Shown: in pieces, positions 51,130 to 64,000 of the stretch
Position numbering within the stretch: position 1 is the first letter of the stretch
Layout: each line of letters begins with the position of its first letter
Assembly (NCBI RefSeq): GCF_018977255.1
Contig: NW_024704742.1
Location: forward strand, 27,282,001 to 27,346,000
Reading direction: 5' to 3'
Source: Callorhinchus milii
Lineage: Eukaryota
Length of the DNA: 64,000 bases
The notes under the pieces: generated by a model
Seen by the model: only the letters and a program-made list of their open reading frames with translations
Told to the model about the DNA's origin: nothing
The model's database searches: none
Position numbers and translations under genes: made by a program

Positions 51130-51672
51130 ATATTGTGTGCAATTTTGGTCTCCTTATTTAAGAAATGACATACTCGCCTTGGAGGGGGTGTAGGGTAGAT
51201 TCACTAGGTTAGTTCCTGGGATGAGGGGTTGACCTATGAGGATAGTTGAGTAAACTAGGTCTATATCCTCTAGAATATAGGAGAATTAGGGGTGATCTTA
51301 TAGAAACATATAAGGGGCTTATGGGGCTTGACAGAGTAGACAGTGTGAGACTGTTTCCCCTTATAGAATCTATAACTAGGGGTCACAGTCTTAAGATTAA
51401 GGGTCAGCCCTTTTGAACAGAGTTGAGGAAACACTTCTTCACTCAGAGGATAGTGAATTTATGGAATTCTCTACCCCAGAAGGCTGTGGATCCTCAGTTC
51501 TTGAACATATTCAAGACTGTGATTGATAGATTTCTAAAGGATAGAGGGATTAAGGTATATGGGGATAAGGCGGGCAGATAGAGTTAGGTTAGAAGATCAG
51601 CCATGATCTTATTGAATGGCAGGGCAAGCTCAAGGGGCCAAATGGCCTACTCCTGCTCCTAGTTCCTATGTT
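51130..51672 (+). mobile_element. CR1 3' fragment, same family as the full-length copy
   Basis: Closely colinear with 62315-62870. Confidence 0.92.
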
Positions 51673-52199
51673 CAAAGAATGTTTGCTGGTTCATTTGAGA
51701 TGAAGAACTTCCAGAGAACCATTTTAATAAGCTTTTATGGGCACTGTTGAGAAACAGAGAATTGTTGTCAACATGCAGTTAAATACGTGGATATTTCACT
51801 GGCAAGCTGGTAATAGTCACTTATGGAGATGTGCTCTTTAACAGGGAAATCTAAATGAATGGCTCTATGAATCCTATTTATGATGCACTTTTGTGAAATC
51901 CTTCCAAAGGCTTTTTTTTAAGGTGGGCTATATTCTGTGAAGGCTTAGCTTTTGAAGTTGCATAATGATTTGTGCATGACCTGATCTTGGCAAGCAATGA
52001 GTGGCGACCAGGCAGTTCCTGAATACAAAATGGAAATTCTCAGACTAATTGTTGAGTGGAATCATCAGCCTCTTGGAAGCACAATTGCCTGCCCAGCTGC
52101 CTAACTTGACATGATGTATGACAATAGAGAGCTCAGAAGAGGAGGAAATGATTCAGTTTCTCTCAACTTTTCCCATCTTATTCTCGTCTCTTGAAGATG

Positions 52200-52630
52200 A
52201 TTTGGCTAATTTGGAAGCACACTCACCTCTCAGTCAGAAGGCTGTGGATGCAAACCCATGTCAGGTCTTTGAACTTGCATAGTCCAGACTGATACTCCAA
52301 TACAATGCTGAGTATCCTGCATTGTCAGAGTTGCCGTCCTTTGATGAGATGTTAAACTGAGTCTGCCTGTTCAAGTGGATGTCAAAGATCCCATGGTATT
52401 ATTTTAAAAGACAAGCTTGATGTCCTGGCCAACAATTACCCAGATAATATTTGGCATTCATTCACTTGGAGGCTATTTGTGGGACATTGCTGTGGTCAAA
52501 TTGTTCCCAGCGTTCGCCTGTCCAAAATTTGCAGTCATTACACTTTTGCAGTAAATCCTGTGAAGCCCTTTGAGATGTCCTCCTGACATGAAAGGAGCTA
52601 TACCAAATGCAAGGATTATTATTATTATTA
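52200..52630 (+). mobile_element. Near full-length DeuSINE
   Basis: tRNA-like head, Deu domain GTCCTTTGATGAGATGTTAAAC..AAAGATCCCATGG..GTCCTGGCCAAC, L2-type tail and (ATT)n. Confidence 0.85.
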
Positions 52631-53091
52631 TTTATGACTTGTGGTGAGAGACAGTTTACACTCCCTTGTCTTGTCACCATTTTCCACACTTAATAATGGA
52701 CTGATGTCACTAACCTTTTCATTTATTGGAGACGTGACAGGAGATCCCATCCAAATAATTGCACTTTCCAATCACTGAGAGGCAATTAATAGAGTAAAAC
52801 TCACCTCCTAAATCTCTAGAACCCTGGGGCTAATTGTAACACCTTATTGCTGTACCAGGTGAGAATAGATATCTCGAGACAGAGCAGGGAACGTTGTATC
52901 ACCTACTAAGCGATTAGTCAACTCACAACCTTAGATCTTTTAGTGTCCTCCTTGGCAAGTTCTATCACAACCATAAGTGTTTTATTTATTATTTCCTATA
53001 TACAGTACCTTGCATTGATCTGTAAAAGATGTGGTGGACCTACCAACGGAGGCATTAATTAAAAATTAACTAATGTTTTAAAATGGGTATT

Positions 53092-53395
53092 AGAGCGAGG
53101 TGCTTAGCGGGTTAGCATCTTATCCTCCCACCTCTGGATCCTAACTTTGAATCAAGCCCAGCTTAAGCCAGCCCAGATAGAACAATATCAATTTTCCATG
53201 CAAATTTAATTTAGATGGTTTCAACCTCGTTTCTCTTGTCCTTCTGTTGTGAAAGCCACTATATTAATATGTTTTGTATGGCTTCATAACACAAAAGTCA
53301 TAAATTTGCCACCGTATAATTGGCACAAAATTGCAGTCTCACTTTCAGAAAAATTCATACTGATGTAGTTGGTGCTTTGCTCCTCTGAGAACGAA
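53092..53395 (+). mobile_element. Possible old LF-SINE-like element
   Basis: tRNA-like head with CCACCTCTGG..AATC.AGCCCAG and a downstream ATAATTGGCACAAAATTG..CAGTCTCA. Resembles LF-SINE blocks recalled from memory. Confidence 0.35.
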
Positions 53396-56300
53396 AGTAC
53401 ATTGCAGAAGAATCATAAAAATAATCCTTGCATTTGATAGACCATGGTTTTTGGGGTCAGCCAAGTGTCTGGCACATGTAGAAACCCATCACCCTGCTTA
53501 AGGGTATCCAAACCACATGGAAATCCGAGAGATAAATTGTTGGAATGGAATGCACACTCACTCCCTGCTTGCCTAATTCCGCAAAGTATTGACATGTTGA
53601 AATATCTGAGTTTTCTGTTCATGTATTTTGTAGGCAAACAGTGCAAGCAGTGCCCCACAAAATTATGAGATGAATGACCATTTTTTCATTGGGGGATTCT
53701 CGGCCAGATTATTGAGACTCTCTTTTTGAGTAGTGCCGTGGGATATTTAACTTTTACCTGAACAGGCAAGCAGGACCTTGGTTTAATGCATTTCATGTAA
53801 ATGGCCATAGTGTTATGAAAGAATTTGTATTTTATTATCTCAAAACATTTCATTAGTGATTACTCTCCAGTGTAGTGACTGCTTTTTGCTGGGAAACATG
53901 GCAGTCATTTTAACAAACAAGATTACACAAGTAGCCATGGATTCGATGACAATTAATTTGTAGGATTGTTGAAGACACCAAAAGAAACTCGCTATTGGGT
54001 TTGTGTAATGCTAAGAGAATTTCAATATCTACTCAACAAGCAGATGGGATCTCAGTTAACATCTCATCCAAACGACAGCACCAGCTTAGGCTACGAGTTG
54101 GAGTTCCAATGTGATATTTAAGATCTGTATTGTGATTGAAAAGCAAAAGTGCAACCAACTGAGCCAAACTGAGATGTTGCGGCTCTGTATGTATTCCAAT
54201 TTCATCCAAATAATGGCATCTCTGACAATGCAACGCTCTCCCATCACTGTAGTGGCTCGTCTGCTAAGACTGAGTTCAAAGTCACGACTTGGGGCTTCGT
54301 GACAGGGGCATAAACCCTGTCACTGCATTTTATGATTATTGGAGATGAACCTATGTATAAAGGGAGCTCACAACGGCTGGACTCCAATCAGACTTGATCG
54401 GTGTTCTCGTGATAATTGGGCACCAGCCTTAAGGAATAATTAAGCACGAGTGTAAAGCTGAAGGCTTGGGCGTGTGAGAGGTGAGTCTGGAGAAGATGGA
54501 TGTACCGAGGTAGAGCTTTTCTTGTTAAACTAAACCTTTGATTTTTTTTTGTTAAAACCACTGTGAAAATTTTTCAGCCGTGACCTACACCCTCCCAACA
54601 GGCTTGAGCCCACAACTAGATGACTCAGAAGGGCAACGCTAACACCATGTAGAGAGGAGGGAGCTTAACTCTGCCGCTGGCAGTGCTGTACCTGACCTGG
54701 CATTCCTTGCTGCTCCGGCTACTTGCCTGAAAAGCGAAAAAAATGTTCCATGCCTTAAGGTGACTGACATTCGTCGTCTTGATGAGCATAACTATTTGGC
54801 ATAAATTGAAAAGTGTGTCAGATGTCTTGGTAGTAACACAACATGCAAATAAAACCCTAGAGTGACAATGAAAATGTATCACAGCAAAGCACCAGCTACA
54901 TCAGTGTGAATTTTTCTCAAAGTGAGACGACATTCACACTTACTGTTTATATCTTCAGTACAGGATTGACTGTCTCTCACAAGATCTTATTAGCCTTGAC
55001 GGGATGGAGTACATGAAACAAATTGGCAGATATATATGACCCATATTTCGTATTAGTGCTTGCTGCTCTGAATTGGGCATTTACTTTTGACTCCTGACAG
55101 CATGAATAATGCAATTAGTGCTGTGACACTGACAGACACTCAAACGTCATTTTTAACATGTTTAAAACAAAACAACAAAAAAATCAATTTGGAAATATTA
55201 CATTCAGTGCTTATAAATATTTTATTTTTTGGGAACTGAATAATCCACATGAAATTATCAAATTGATATTCCTTTGGGTTCTTTAAAAGCAATCTATTTT
55301 TTAAAAAAAAGAAATGAGAACAGTAGGCCCATTATCCTTAAGATGAATCTAGCAGCGTGATATGTTAATATTTAACATTTGATTTAGAAAGACTGTTGGC
55401 TCCAAGACAACTCTAGTAGTAAAGTTGGGATCAAGCTGAATGATTTCAGAGGTTCTCACTGTGACCACCAGTTGCTCTCTGTAATTCATAGGCACCTCTG
55501 TCATATAATAAAGCTGAAGTGCTGAGGTTGGTGCAGATCCATGAGTTATTACATAGAATAAGTGCTGCAGACCTCTGCTACCAGACAATAAATCAATAGC
55601 TTACATGCAAGTGATTGACTTTGCATTATAAAGCTAATAGTATGTTTTCCAAATGATAGCCTGGTGAGAGATTTATAGTTCTGGCTAGCCTTGGACAAAC
55701 TTGTTATAATGATATTGGTTTAATTCTCTCACTGTTTTTTTCAAAAACAAATAGAGAAACTTGAGAACTGCGAGATAATTTAAATGCATTATCTCATTTG
55801 TTGTATTGATTATTGTTAGCGTTAATATTGAAGTTTACTTCTCAAGCCAATTACCCTCAAGGCCACCTTCTGCTCAGATATTCTTACAGCTAAACTTCCA
55901 GATAAAGCACCATTAATCTGGGGAACATTTCTGCAGGATGAACCCTCTGCTCCGTTTAACCTTGGGAACTGATGGAGTAGAACATGTTTTGCCGAAGTTT
56001 TGCTATTTAACAAAACATTCAAATTCACTGAAAGCCCTTCAATTAATAGGGAGGGAAGAGCGAGAGACACAATTTCTTTGTGCTGCTCTATTTTCTTATC
56101 ATAATACATTGACTGATCAGCAAGGGTGGCCATATAATAGGTATATCACACCATCTGCTGAATGTTAATTGTTCCTCAGCTAAGCAAGAGGTGATCCTTT
56201 AGATTGGTATTATATACTGAGTGAGTAGAACTGACAGGGTTGAAAATACAACCATTTTCTACAAATTGCAATAAGAACATTAAATATTTTTATGAATTGT

Positions 56301-58475
56301 AATTGTACAGGAAATACTCTACGCAAGGTATTACGTTTACATGTTGACATTGTTTTTCATAAGGGACGTGGTGAAGTGCCAATTGTAAGACAGACTAAAT
56401 TCTGAGCTAATAATGAGTATGGCCCATTAAATGTTGCAGTGAGTGCTCATAAAAAGCCTATTTGTTACCGGTGCCTGACGATTTGCTATTTGCTTTCTAT
56501 GGAAGGATTATACTTAAAAGTTGTCGCTTGGACCTCAACCAGAGTTGTAGTTTGGGGTGGGGTGGGAGGTTGAAAATCGTGACATTTAAATGTGACAATG
56601 ATCATCAATATTAGGTAACACATTGTTAAATTCCGCCCTGTCGCTAAGCAAAGACATTGACTTCTGGCACTTCTGGCAATGGAACAATCCCCTACACCAC
56701 CCACCACCGCCAAGCAGGGTAATCGGTAATTAATAGCTGGAACAGGTTATCAGGAAGATCAAGGCACTGGACTCATTGAAGACGAGGGCAGATGTTGTAA
56801 TGGGAAGACTGTACGATGGGTGTTCTGGAAAAATGAAATGGGACAAAGGGCCATCTTCACCAAAACCCATCCAGTGAAATGGCACAGGACAACAATTATG
56901 GGGGGGAGGGAGGTCAGGAGGGATTGCCACCTAATCGATTATGGGTTGCCTCATTCTTACTTGGAGTGATACCAGACATGTATCTGCTGGGAGGATGGCA
57001 GGGACTTGTTTCATCAATGCAAGCAGGTGATCGTTGAAAACAGGAGCTCAAGCGCATAGAGTGAGAAATTACAGTCTATAGGAGCTCCAAGAGATGTGAG
57101 AAGGGAGAAAGTTTTCCTGTGCAGAAATAGCATCAATCTTTATATTGATGCCAGGACCACCACAATCTAGTTGAATGCCTTGGATCTGAACAATACTTTC
57201 CTTTCATGGATAGAGTAGAAATGAAATGCTATTATTGCATGACATATTGTCTCTTATTGTGCAGGCCTGGAATCTGGCCCAGATTCCCCAGTTATACTAT
57301 TTCAGCATTGATTCAATGTAGTTTTTGTGTTCAATTAACAACAGAAATACAGTGTATTGACAGTTTGATGTTGAATTGTTTTTCAGGCTTGCCTATGAAT
57401 TTACCTCCAGGAGGGGATTTGAGTATAAAATTCATCCATAGTGCTCCTTTATTAGCTCCCACCCTTAGCCTGCTGCTAGTGTCATCAGGTTTTAGTGTCA
57501 AAATGTTATAAATGATTTTAGAATTGGGATTAGAAAATGTTTGTTCACAGATGGAGGTTTGCGAAAATATGGAATGCACTTACCTCAGAAGAAGGCTGTT
57601 TAAAAGGGAAATAGATACAAACCTTTGAAGTAATGGTAATATGAAGAAAATGTGGGAAAATTGAGTTAAAAGATGTGCCATGATCTGATATGATCTATCA
57701 GTGTGGGCTCAATGTGCTGAATGGCCTCCTTCTGTGCCCATGTTGAAAAAGAAAGGCAACCTTGGGGTTTAATCATAACATATAATCCTTGCATTTGATA
57801 TAGCTTCTTATCATGTTACCATGATGTCTCAATGCGTTTCACAAGATGTACTGTAGAGTGCTGTGACTGGGTATTTAATGGGTGAAATATCGAGGTTATA
57901 AAAGGAATTGTAAATTGCAATTCCTGCAGGTTCCCCCTTCTCTCAGGCTGACCCTCTGCAACTCTGCTTGGAAATCGAACTGTAATGACTTCTGCAAAAG
58001 TGCCTAGTCTCTGACAAAATAAAGCTATTTAATGGGACCAGAAAATGAAAGATTGGTGCCCGGTGTCTTAGATAACACGCGTCTTTAGCATATAACCAAG
58101 TAAAGGTCAGGACTTTCTCGCTTCATAAAACATTGTGTTTTTCATTAAATGCCTTGTTGCATGAAGATATGTGTACTCAGAATATCTTTATAAATTCTAC
58201 AGTTTGTAAGTACCAGGCCTCCATATTACAGTGGGTACAGTTGCTGTCTAGTGAGGGGATCCAGTCAAATAAATTCCTCAGCTTATGTCACTGAGTCTTG
58301 CTGACATTTGGTGATAAATCTATAGATACAATGTATGTTTTTCTGTGAATTTCAAGCGCCGTTGTCAGTAATTAAATTTGCCCCCTTAACCTGTTTACAG
58401 GAACATGATCTTCCTGTAGAAGTGACTGTGGATCTATGTTTGTGTGTTTTAACACCCAATGTGATCCTGTAAATC

Positions 58476-58698
58476 AGCCTAGCTGATTGGTAGCATTCTC
58501 ACTTCTTGACTCAGGGTTGTGGATTCAAGCCCATGTGGGGAGTTTGAATTCAGTCTAGGCTGATGCCTTAATACAGTACGAGGAGAGTACTACATTGTCA
58601 GAGGTACTGTCCTTCAGATGAGATGTTAAATTGAGGTCTTGTCTGCCTGTTTAGATGGACATTAAAAATCCCATGGCACAATTAGAAATGAGAAGGGA
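58476..58698 (+). mobile_element. DeuSINE 5' half, split by the CR1 insertion (3' half at 62875-63065)
   Basis: Head and Deu domain run to ..ATCCCATGGCAC..GAGAAGGGA and resume after the CR1 tail as TTTCCTGGTG..CCCCAGATAAAATTG..GAAAGGTGCTGTATCAAATG. Confidence 0.85.
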
Positions 58699-58865
58699 CT
58701 TGGACTTGAGAAGCGACTCGAGCAGAGAGCCTAGAGTGAGCTACGTCCGGAGTGAGGCGAGGCCAGAGTGAGAAGGAATTAGGGGAGAGTGGGAATTAGG
58801 TGCAGAGGGGGAAGTATATCTTCTAAACAACAATAATACAGGGATAAATAGAGTGAGAGGAGAAA

Positions 58866-59806
58866 ATGACCTGGCAGGTGATGTATGAGGAATGTGGTAT
58901 GTGGGAGTTGATGGAGGGCAATCTGAGCCTGGGCGACTTCATCTGCAGCAAATGTCTGCAAATGAGGAAGATCCAGCTTAGAATAGCTGAGCTGGAGTCT
59001 CAGGTGGAGACACTGCGCAGCATTAGAGATGGGGAGAGTTTCCTGGATAGTTTCATCCTGGAGCCAGACACTCCCAGGGAACATTTCATTGCCAGCCATG
59101 GACAGAACTGGGTGATAGTCAGACAGGCGCGTAAGGGGACCCGAAAGAGAGGGGCAGAGGAACCCCAGGCTTTAACCTTGTCCAAAAGGTATGAAATACT
59201 TGCAACCTGTGTGGACAAGGAAGTCTGTGAGGAAGATGGGCAAACTTACCCCAACACTTCTATTCAGGAGGCCACACTGGGAATAGTCAGAAGGAATGTA
59301 GTGGTAATTGGGGATGAGACAGTCAGGAAGACTGATGCACTTTTCTGCAGCTGTAGCAGGGAGACAAGAAGACTCTGTTGTCTTCCTGGGGCCAGGGTGA
59401 AGGACGTCACTTCTGGGCTGGAGAAAAATTTGAAGCAGGAGGGAGTGGATCCAATAGTTATGATTCACATAGGGACCAATGATGTAGGTAGGACAGGTAG
59501 GGATGAGTTGACGAGCAAGTTCCGGGAATTGCGAGTTAAGCTAAAGAGTAGAACTTCGAAGGTGTTAATATTGGGATTATTACCTGAGCCAGGGGCAAAT
59601 TGGTACAGGCAAAAAAAAATTAAAGAACTGAATACCTGGTTAAAAGAATGGTGTGGAGGGCAGGGGTTTCACTTTATAGGCCACTGGCACCAGTATGGGG
59701 GGAGACGGGAGCTATTCCAAAGGAATGGACTCCACGTAAACAGGGCTGGACAAATGTCCTGGCAACACGAATAAATAGGGAGGTAGACAGGGCTTTAAAC
59801 TACTGA
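58866..59806 (+). pseudogene. CR1 ORF1p (zinc finger/leucine zipper plus SGNH esterase), with a frameshift near the C-terminus
   Basis: ECGMWE..FICSKC, coiled coil LRIAELESQVETLR, VIGDE, CLPGA, IHIGTND and NGLH. The shifted frame ends ..DRALNY* at ~59806. Confidence 0.9.
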
Positions 59807-59863
59807 GGGGAGGTAAATTCAATCACATGTAATCCGTCACAATTAAAATTAGAATCGATAAAA

Positions 59864-62764
59864 GTGGGAGAGCAGATTAACCAGGGAGATGAACAAAGTG
59901 TGTCAAATGGGGAAAGGAAGCCCAGGGATAGGGTACTGGTGAATAGGACTAATAGCCCAAAGTCAGAATTAAAGGTGCTATATCTGAATGCGCGAAGCAT
60001 TCGAAACAAGATAGATGAGTTAAATGCACAAATAGAAACAAACGGGTATGATCTGGTAGCCATCACCGAGACATGGTTACAGGGAGATCAAGGGTGGGAG
60101 CTAAATATTCCAGGGTATGTGGCGTATAGAAAAGATAGACAATGTGGTAAACGAGGAGAGGGGGGTGGCCCTGCTAATAAAGGATGGGATAAAAACAGTA
60201 GAGAGGAAAGATTTTAAATCAGAAAAGCAGGAAGTAGAGTCAGTATGGGTAGAAGTACATAATAACAAGGGGCAGAATACTCAAGTGGGAGTAGTTTATA
60301 GACCCTCGAACAGCAGTCACAGTATCTATCAAGGTATAAATCAGGAAATTAGCAGAGCATATAATAAAGGAAAAACATTAATTGTGGGTGATTTTAATCT
60401 GCACATAGATTGGGCCAACCAAATTGGGAAAAGTATGATAGAGGAAGAGTTTATAGAATGCATTAGGGATAATTATCTAGATCAGTATGCTGAGGAGCCA
60501 ACCAGGGAACAAGCCATATTAGACCTTGTTTTGTGCAATGAAGCAGGGCTGATCAGTAAACTGGAAATTAAGGCTCCTCTAGGGCAAAGTGATCATAATA
60601 TGATGGAGTTTAGCATTAAGTTAGAGAGAGAAGTAGTTAAGTCCGAAGCAAAGGTTTTAAATTTAAGTAGAGCCAATTTTGCTGGTATGAGAGAGGATTT
60701 AGCCAAAATAAACTGGGAAATTAGACTTAAGGATTTGACAGTAGACCAGCAATGGCAGACGTTTAAGGAGATAGTGCAAAATTCCCAGCGAGCACGTATT
60801 CCTTTGAGGAATAAGAATGCCACGGGAAAGGTGGCCCAACCGTGGCTAACTAGAGCAGTTAGGGAAAGTATAAAGTTAAAGGAAGAAGCCTATAAAACAG
60901 CTAAGATGAGTAGTAAACCCGAGGATTGGGAGAACTTTAGGGATCAACAAAGGAGAACCAAAAAAGTGATTAAGAGGGAGAAAATGGAATATGAGGGCAA
61001 ACTAGCAAGAACATAAAGACAGACTGCAAGAGTTTTTATAAATATATAAAGAGGAAGAGGCTGTCAAAGGTAAATGTGGGTCCGCTACAGGCAGAGACGG
61101 GGGAATTATAGTAGGGGACAAAGACATGGCAGAGTCATTAAACAAGTACTTTGCTACTGTCTTCACCTTAGAAGACACTGAAAACCTACCAAGAATAGAG
61201 GGGAACCAAGAAGACAATGTTAGCGAGCAACTTGGGGAATTAATATTAGTAAAGAAATGGTTTTAGGTAAATTGTCAGGTCTTAAAACTGATAAATCTCC
61301 TGGACCTGATGGCCTACATCCTAGGGTTTTAAAAGAGGTGGCTACTGAGATAGTGGATGGCTTGTCTTTGATCTTCCAAAATTCTCTGGATTCTGGAACG
61401 GTTCCCATTGATTGGAAGATTGCAAACGTAACACCACTATTTAAGAAGGGTGGGAGAGAAAAGATGGGGAACTATAGACCAGTTAGTCTGACATCAGTGG
61501 TAGGGAAAATTCTTGAGTCCTTAATTAAAGATGTCGTTATGGGATTCCTGGAAGACCATAACAAGATTAGGCAGAGTCAACATGGCTTTACAAAAGGGAA
61601 GTCATGCTTAACTAATCTTTTAGAGTTTTTTGAAGATGTATCTAGCAGGTTAGATAGGGGGGAACCAGTAGATGTAGTATATTTAGATCTTAAAAAGGCA
61701 TTTGGCAAAGTGCCACACAAAAGGCTATTGCACAAGGTTAAGGTCTGCAGGATTAATGGGAACATATTAGCATGGATTGAAGAGTGCCTAACAGGTAGAA
61801 AACAGAGAGTAGGGATAAACGGGTCATTCTCGAATTGACAGGATGTGACTAGTGGAGTGCCACAAGGATCAGTGCTTGGGCCTCAGCTATTTACAATTTA
61901 CATCAATGATCTAGACGAGGCATTGAATGTAACGTATCTACATTTGCGGATGACACTAAACTAGGTGGGGGAGTAAGCTCTGAGGATGATGCGAAAAGAT
62001 TGCAACGGGATATAGATAGGCTGGGGGAGTGGGCGAGTAGGTGGCAGATGGAATTAAATGTGGGGAAGTGTGAAGTTATTCACCTAGGTAGAAAAAATAG
62101 AAAAACAGATTATTTTCTAGAGGGGAGAGATTAGATAGTGTTAGTGTTCAGAGGGATTTGGGTGTCCTTGTACACCAGTCTCAAAAAGTTAGTTTGCAGG
62201 TGCAGCAAACAACTAAGAAGGCGAACGGCATGTTAGCGTTCATTGCAAAAGGTTTAGAATATAAGAATAGGGAAATCTTGCTGCAACTGTATAGGGCCTT
62301 GAGACCGCACCTAGAGTATTGTGTACAGTTTTGGTCTCCTTATTTAAAAAAGGACATACTTGCCCGAGAGGGAGTGCAGCGTAGATTCACTAGGTTAGTT
62401 CCTGGGATGAGGGGACTGACCTATGAGGATAGGCTGAATAAACTAGGGCTATATTCTCTAGAGTGCAGAAGAATTAGGGGAGATCTTATTGAAACATGTA
62501 AGATTATTAAAGTAGATTAAAGTGGATAAAGTAGACACTGAGGGTCTGTTTCCCCTGTTAGGAGAATCTATAACCAGGGGTCACAGTCTTAAAATTAAGG
62601 GTCAGCCTTTTAGAACAGAGTTGAGGAAACATTTCTTCACTCAGAGGGTGGTGAATTTATGGAATTCACTACCCCAGAAGACGGTAGATGCTCAGTCCTT
62701 GAACATCTTCAAGGCTGAGATTGATAGATTTTTTAAAAATAGAGTGATTGGGGTATGGGGATAG
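59864..62764 (+). pseudogene. CR1 ORF2p (APE endonuclease plus reverse transcriptase), disrupted
   Basis: [55 protein letters not shown] and TRGH are spread over several frames; in-frame TGA at ~61838. Confidence 0.93.
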
Positions 62765-63620
62765 GGCAGGTAATTAGAGTTAGGTCAGAAGATCAGCCAT
62801 GATCTTATCGAATGGCAGGGCAGGCTCGAGGGGCCGAATGGCCTACTCCTGCTCCTAATTCTTATGTTCTTATGTTTCCTGGTGGTGCTAGTCATCCATT
62901 CCCCAGATAAAATTGCTCATTCACTTCATGGCTGTTTATGGGTTAAAACAGTGTTCAAATTGGCTATTGCATTCACCTGCAAAAGATGCTTCAGAGTATA
63001 TGCTGTGAAATTTTTTGAGATATCCTCCTGACTTGAAAGGTGCTGTATCAAATGTAAGATTTTTTTAAATGATATTCTTTTTGCTGCGGAGGAGGTTCAA
63101 GGAAACACTTGACAAGAAGCGTTCATGTTGTGTGCACTTGAATATTTTTGCTACCATGTTGCCTTGAGCACATAAACAGATGTACGCTTTTCATTACCAG
63201 GAATAAATTGGATGCTAATGTAGTGCTTTTGCTTATAGAAGCCAAGGTGAAACATTAACTCTTCTTACTAAGGTGCAGAGTGGGTTTCTTGCATTGTGAA
63301 ACATATTTAAGTTTTATTTACTGCTTCTACGATGGCAGAACAAATTTTATATCAACACAGCTACATTAAGTTGGAGAAAGGTTCATTCATCCTTTACAAA
63401 AGCTTGAGAATTTTAATTCTGGTCTTTATGCTCTTTGGAGAGTGTTATTTTAAGATAAAAAGATGCCAACGTGCAATATTTTACTCCCAATGTTCAAGCT
63501 CTTGGACAGTGTGGCATATATTAATGAACATGAATGGGATTCATAACATGGTTTCTTTTTGCAGAGGCTCTGCAGTCATTACAGAATTTTTTTCATTGAT
63601 CTCTTGTATTTACCCAACAG

Positions 63621-63725
63621 GAAGATATGAACCTCAATGAAGCACACAAGGCACCACTGAGAGACAAAGACTTAGCCACTAAACGGGAAATGGTCTTCCA
63701 GTACATCTGCACTGCTTCGAAGTCG
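63621..63725 (+). CDS. DIAPH3: Internal coding exon of a diaphanous-related formin (GTPase-binding domain); DIAPH3 most likely, DIAPH2 possible
   Basis: Acceptor ..ctcttgtatttacccaacag and donor gtaagt; 105 nt, phase 0/0. Translates EDMNLNEAHKAPLRDKDLATKREMVFQYICTASKS, matching the DIAPH motif EDMNLNE.KKAPLR.KD...K.EMV.QYI. The TASK ending favours DIAPH3. Confidence 0.85.
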
Positions 63726-63804
63726 GTAAGTGAGGCATGAATTTAAATCCAGCACATGTTAATAAACAAATTGTTTGAACACTGGAAATCTCATTTGTTA
63801 GACA

Positions 63805-64000
63805 GATTTATCTGCCTCTTCAGGTGGATGTTAAAGATCCCATTCAACTATTCGAGAAGAGAAAGGAACTTCTCCTGGTGCCCTGCCCAACAATCCCCTC
63901 ATTAAAATTGCTTTGTGGCTGTTTGCTAATTGGTTGCCACATTTGTCTATAAAATACCCAGTCACAACTTGTTACAGTCAATCCTGTGAGGCATTTTGAA
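63805..64000 (+). mobile_element. DeuSINE fragment running off the window end
   Basis: TCTGCCTCTTCAGGTGGATGTTAAAGATCCCAT..CTCCTGGTGCCCTGCCCAAC. Confidence 0.75.

Larger units (their letters stand above)
58699..62874 (+). mobile_element. Near full-length CR1 LINE (~4.2 kb), inactivated by frameshifts and stops
   Basis: Purine-rich 5' UTR, ORF1, EN-RT ORF2, 3' UTR and (TTCTTATG)2 tail. Confidence 0.96.

Noticed and set aside
63332..63640. 102-aa ORF overlapping the DIAPH exon
   Set aside because: Different frame from the conserved exon and mostly intronic.

Overview
This is a repeat-rich eukaryotic (vertebrate) window. The L2, CR1, DeuSINE and tRNA-SINE repertoire suggests a cartilaginous fish, probably a chimaera or elephant shark (inference). 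The only host coding exon I can support is a 105-nt + strand exon at 63621-63725 of a diaphanous-related formin (GBD region; DIAPH3 most likely, DIAPH2 possible). No upstream DIAPH exon was found, so most of the window is probably one large intron. Mobile elements: young and old L2 LINE copies, a near full-length CR1 LINE (zinc-finger/esterase ORF1 plus frameshifted EN-RT ORF2) nested in a DeuSINE, many DeuSINE and tRNA-SINE copies, a decayed Harbinger transposase, a hairpin MITE-like element, a Penelope-like terminal repeat and an unclassified ~0.5 kb dispersed repeat. The most interesting unexplained signal is decayed coding-like, non-TE sequence at about 2.2-4.7 kb and 49.8-50.6 kb. Its translations loosely resemble L polymerases of segmented negative-strand RNA viruses (Bunyavirales-like), so it is a candidate endogenous viral element. 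That call rests on by-eye motif resemblance only and needs a profile search.
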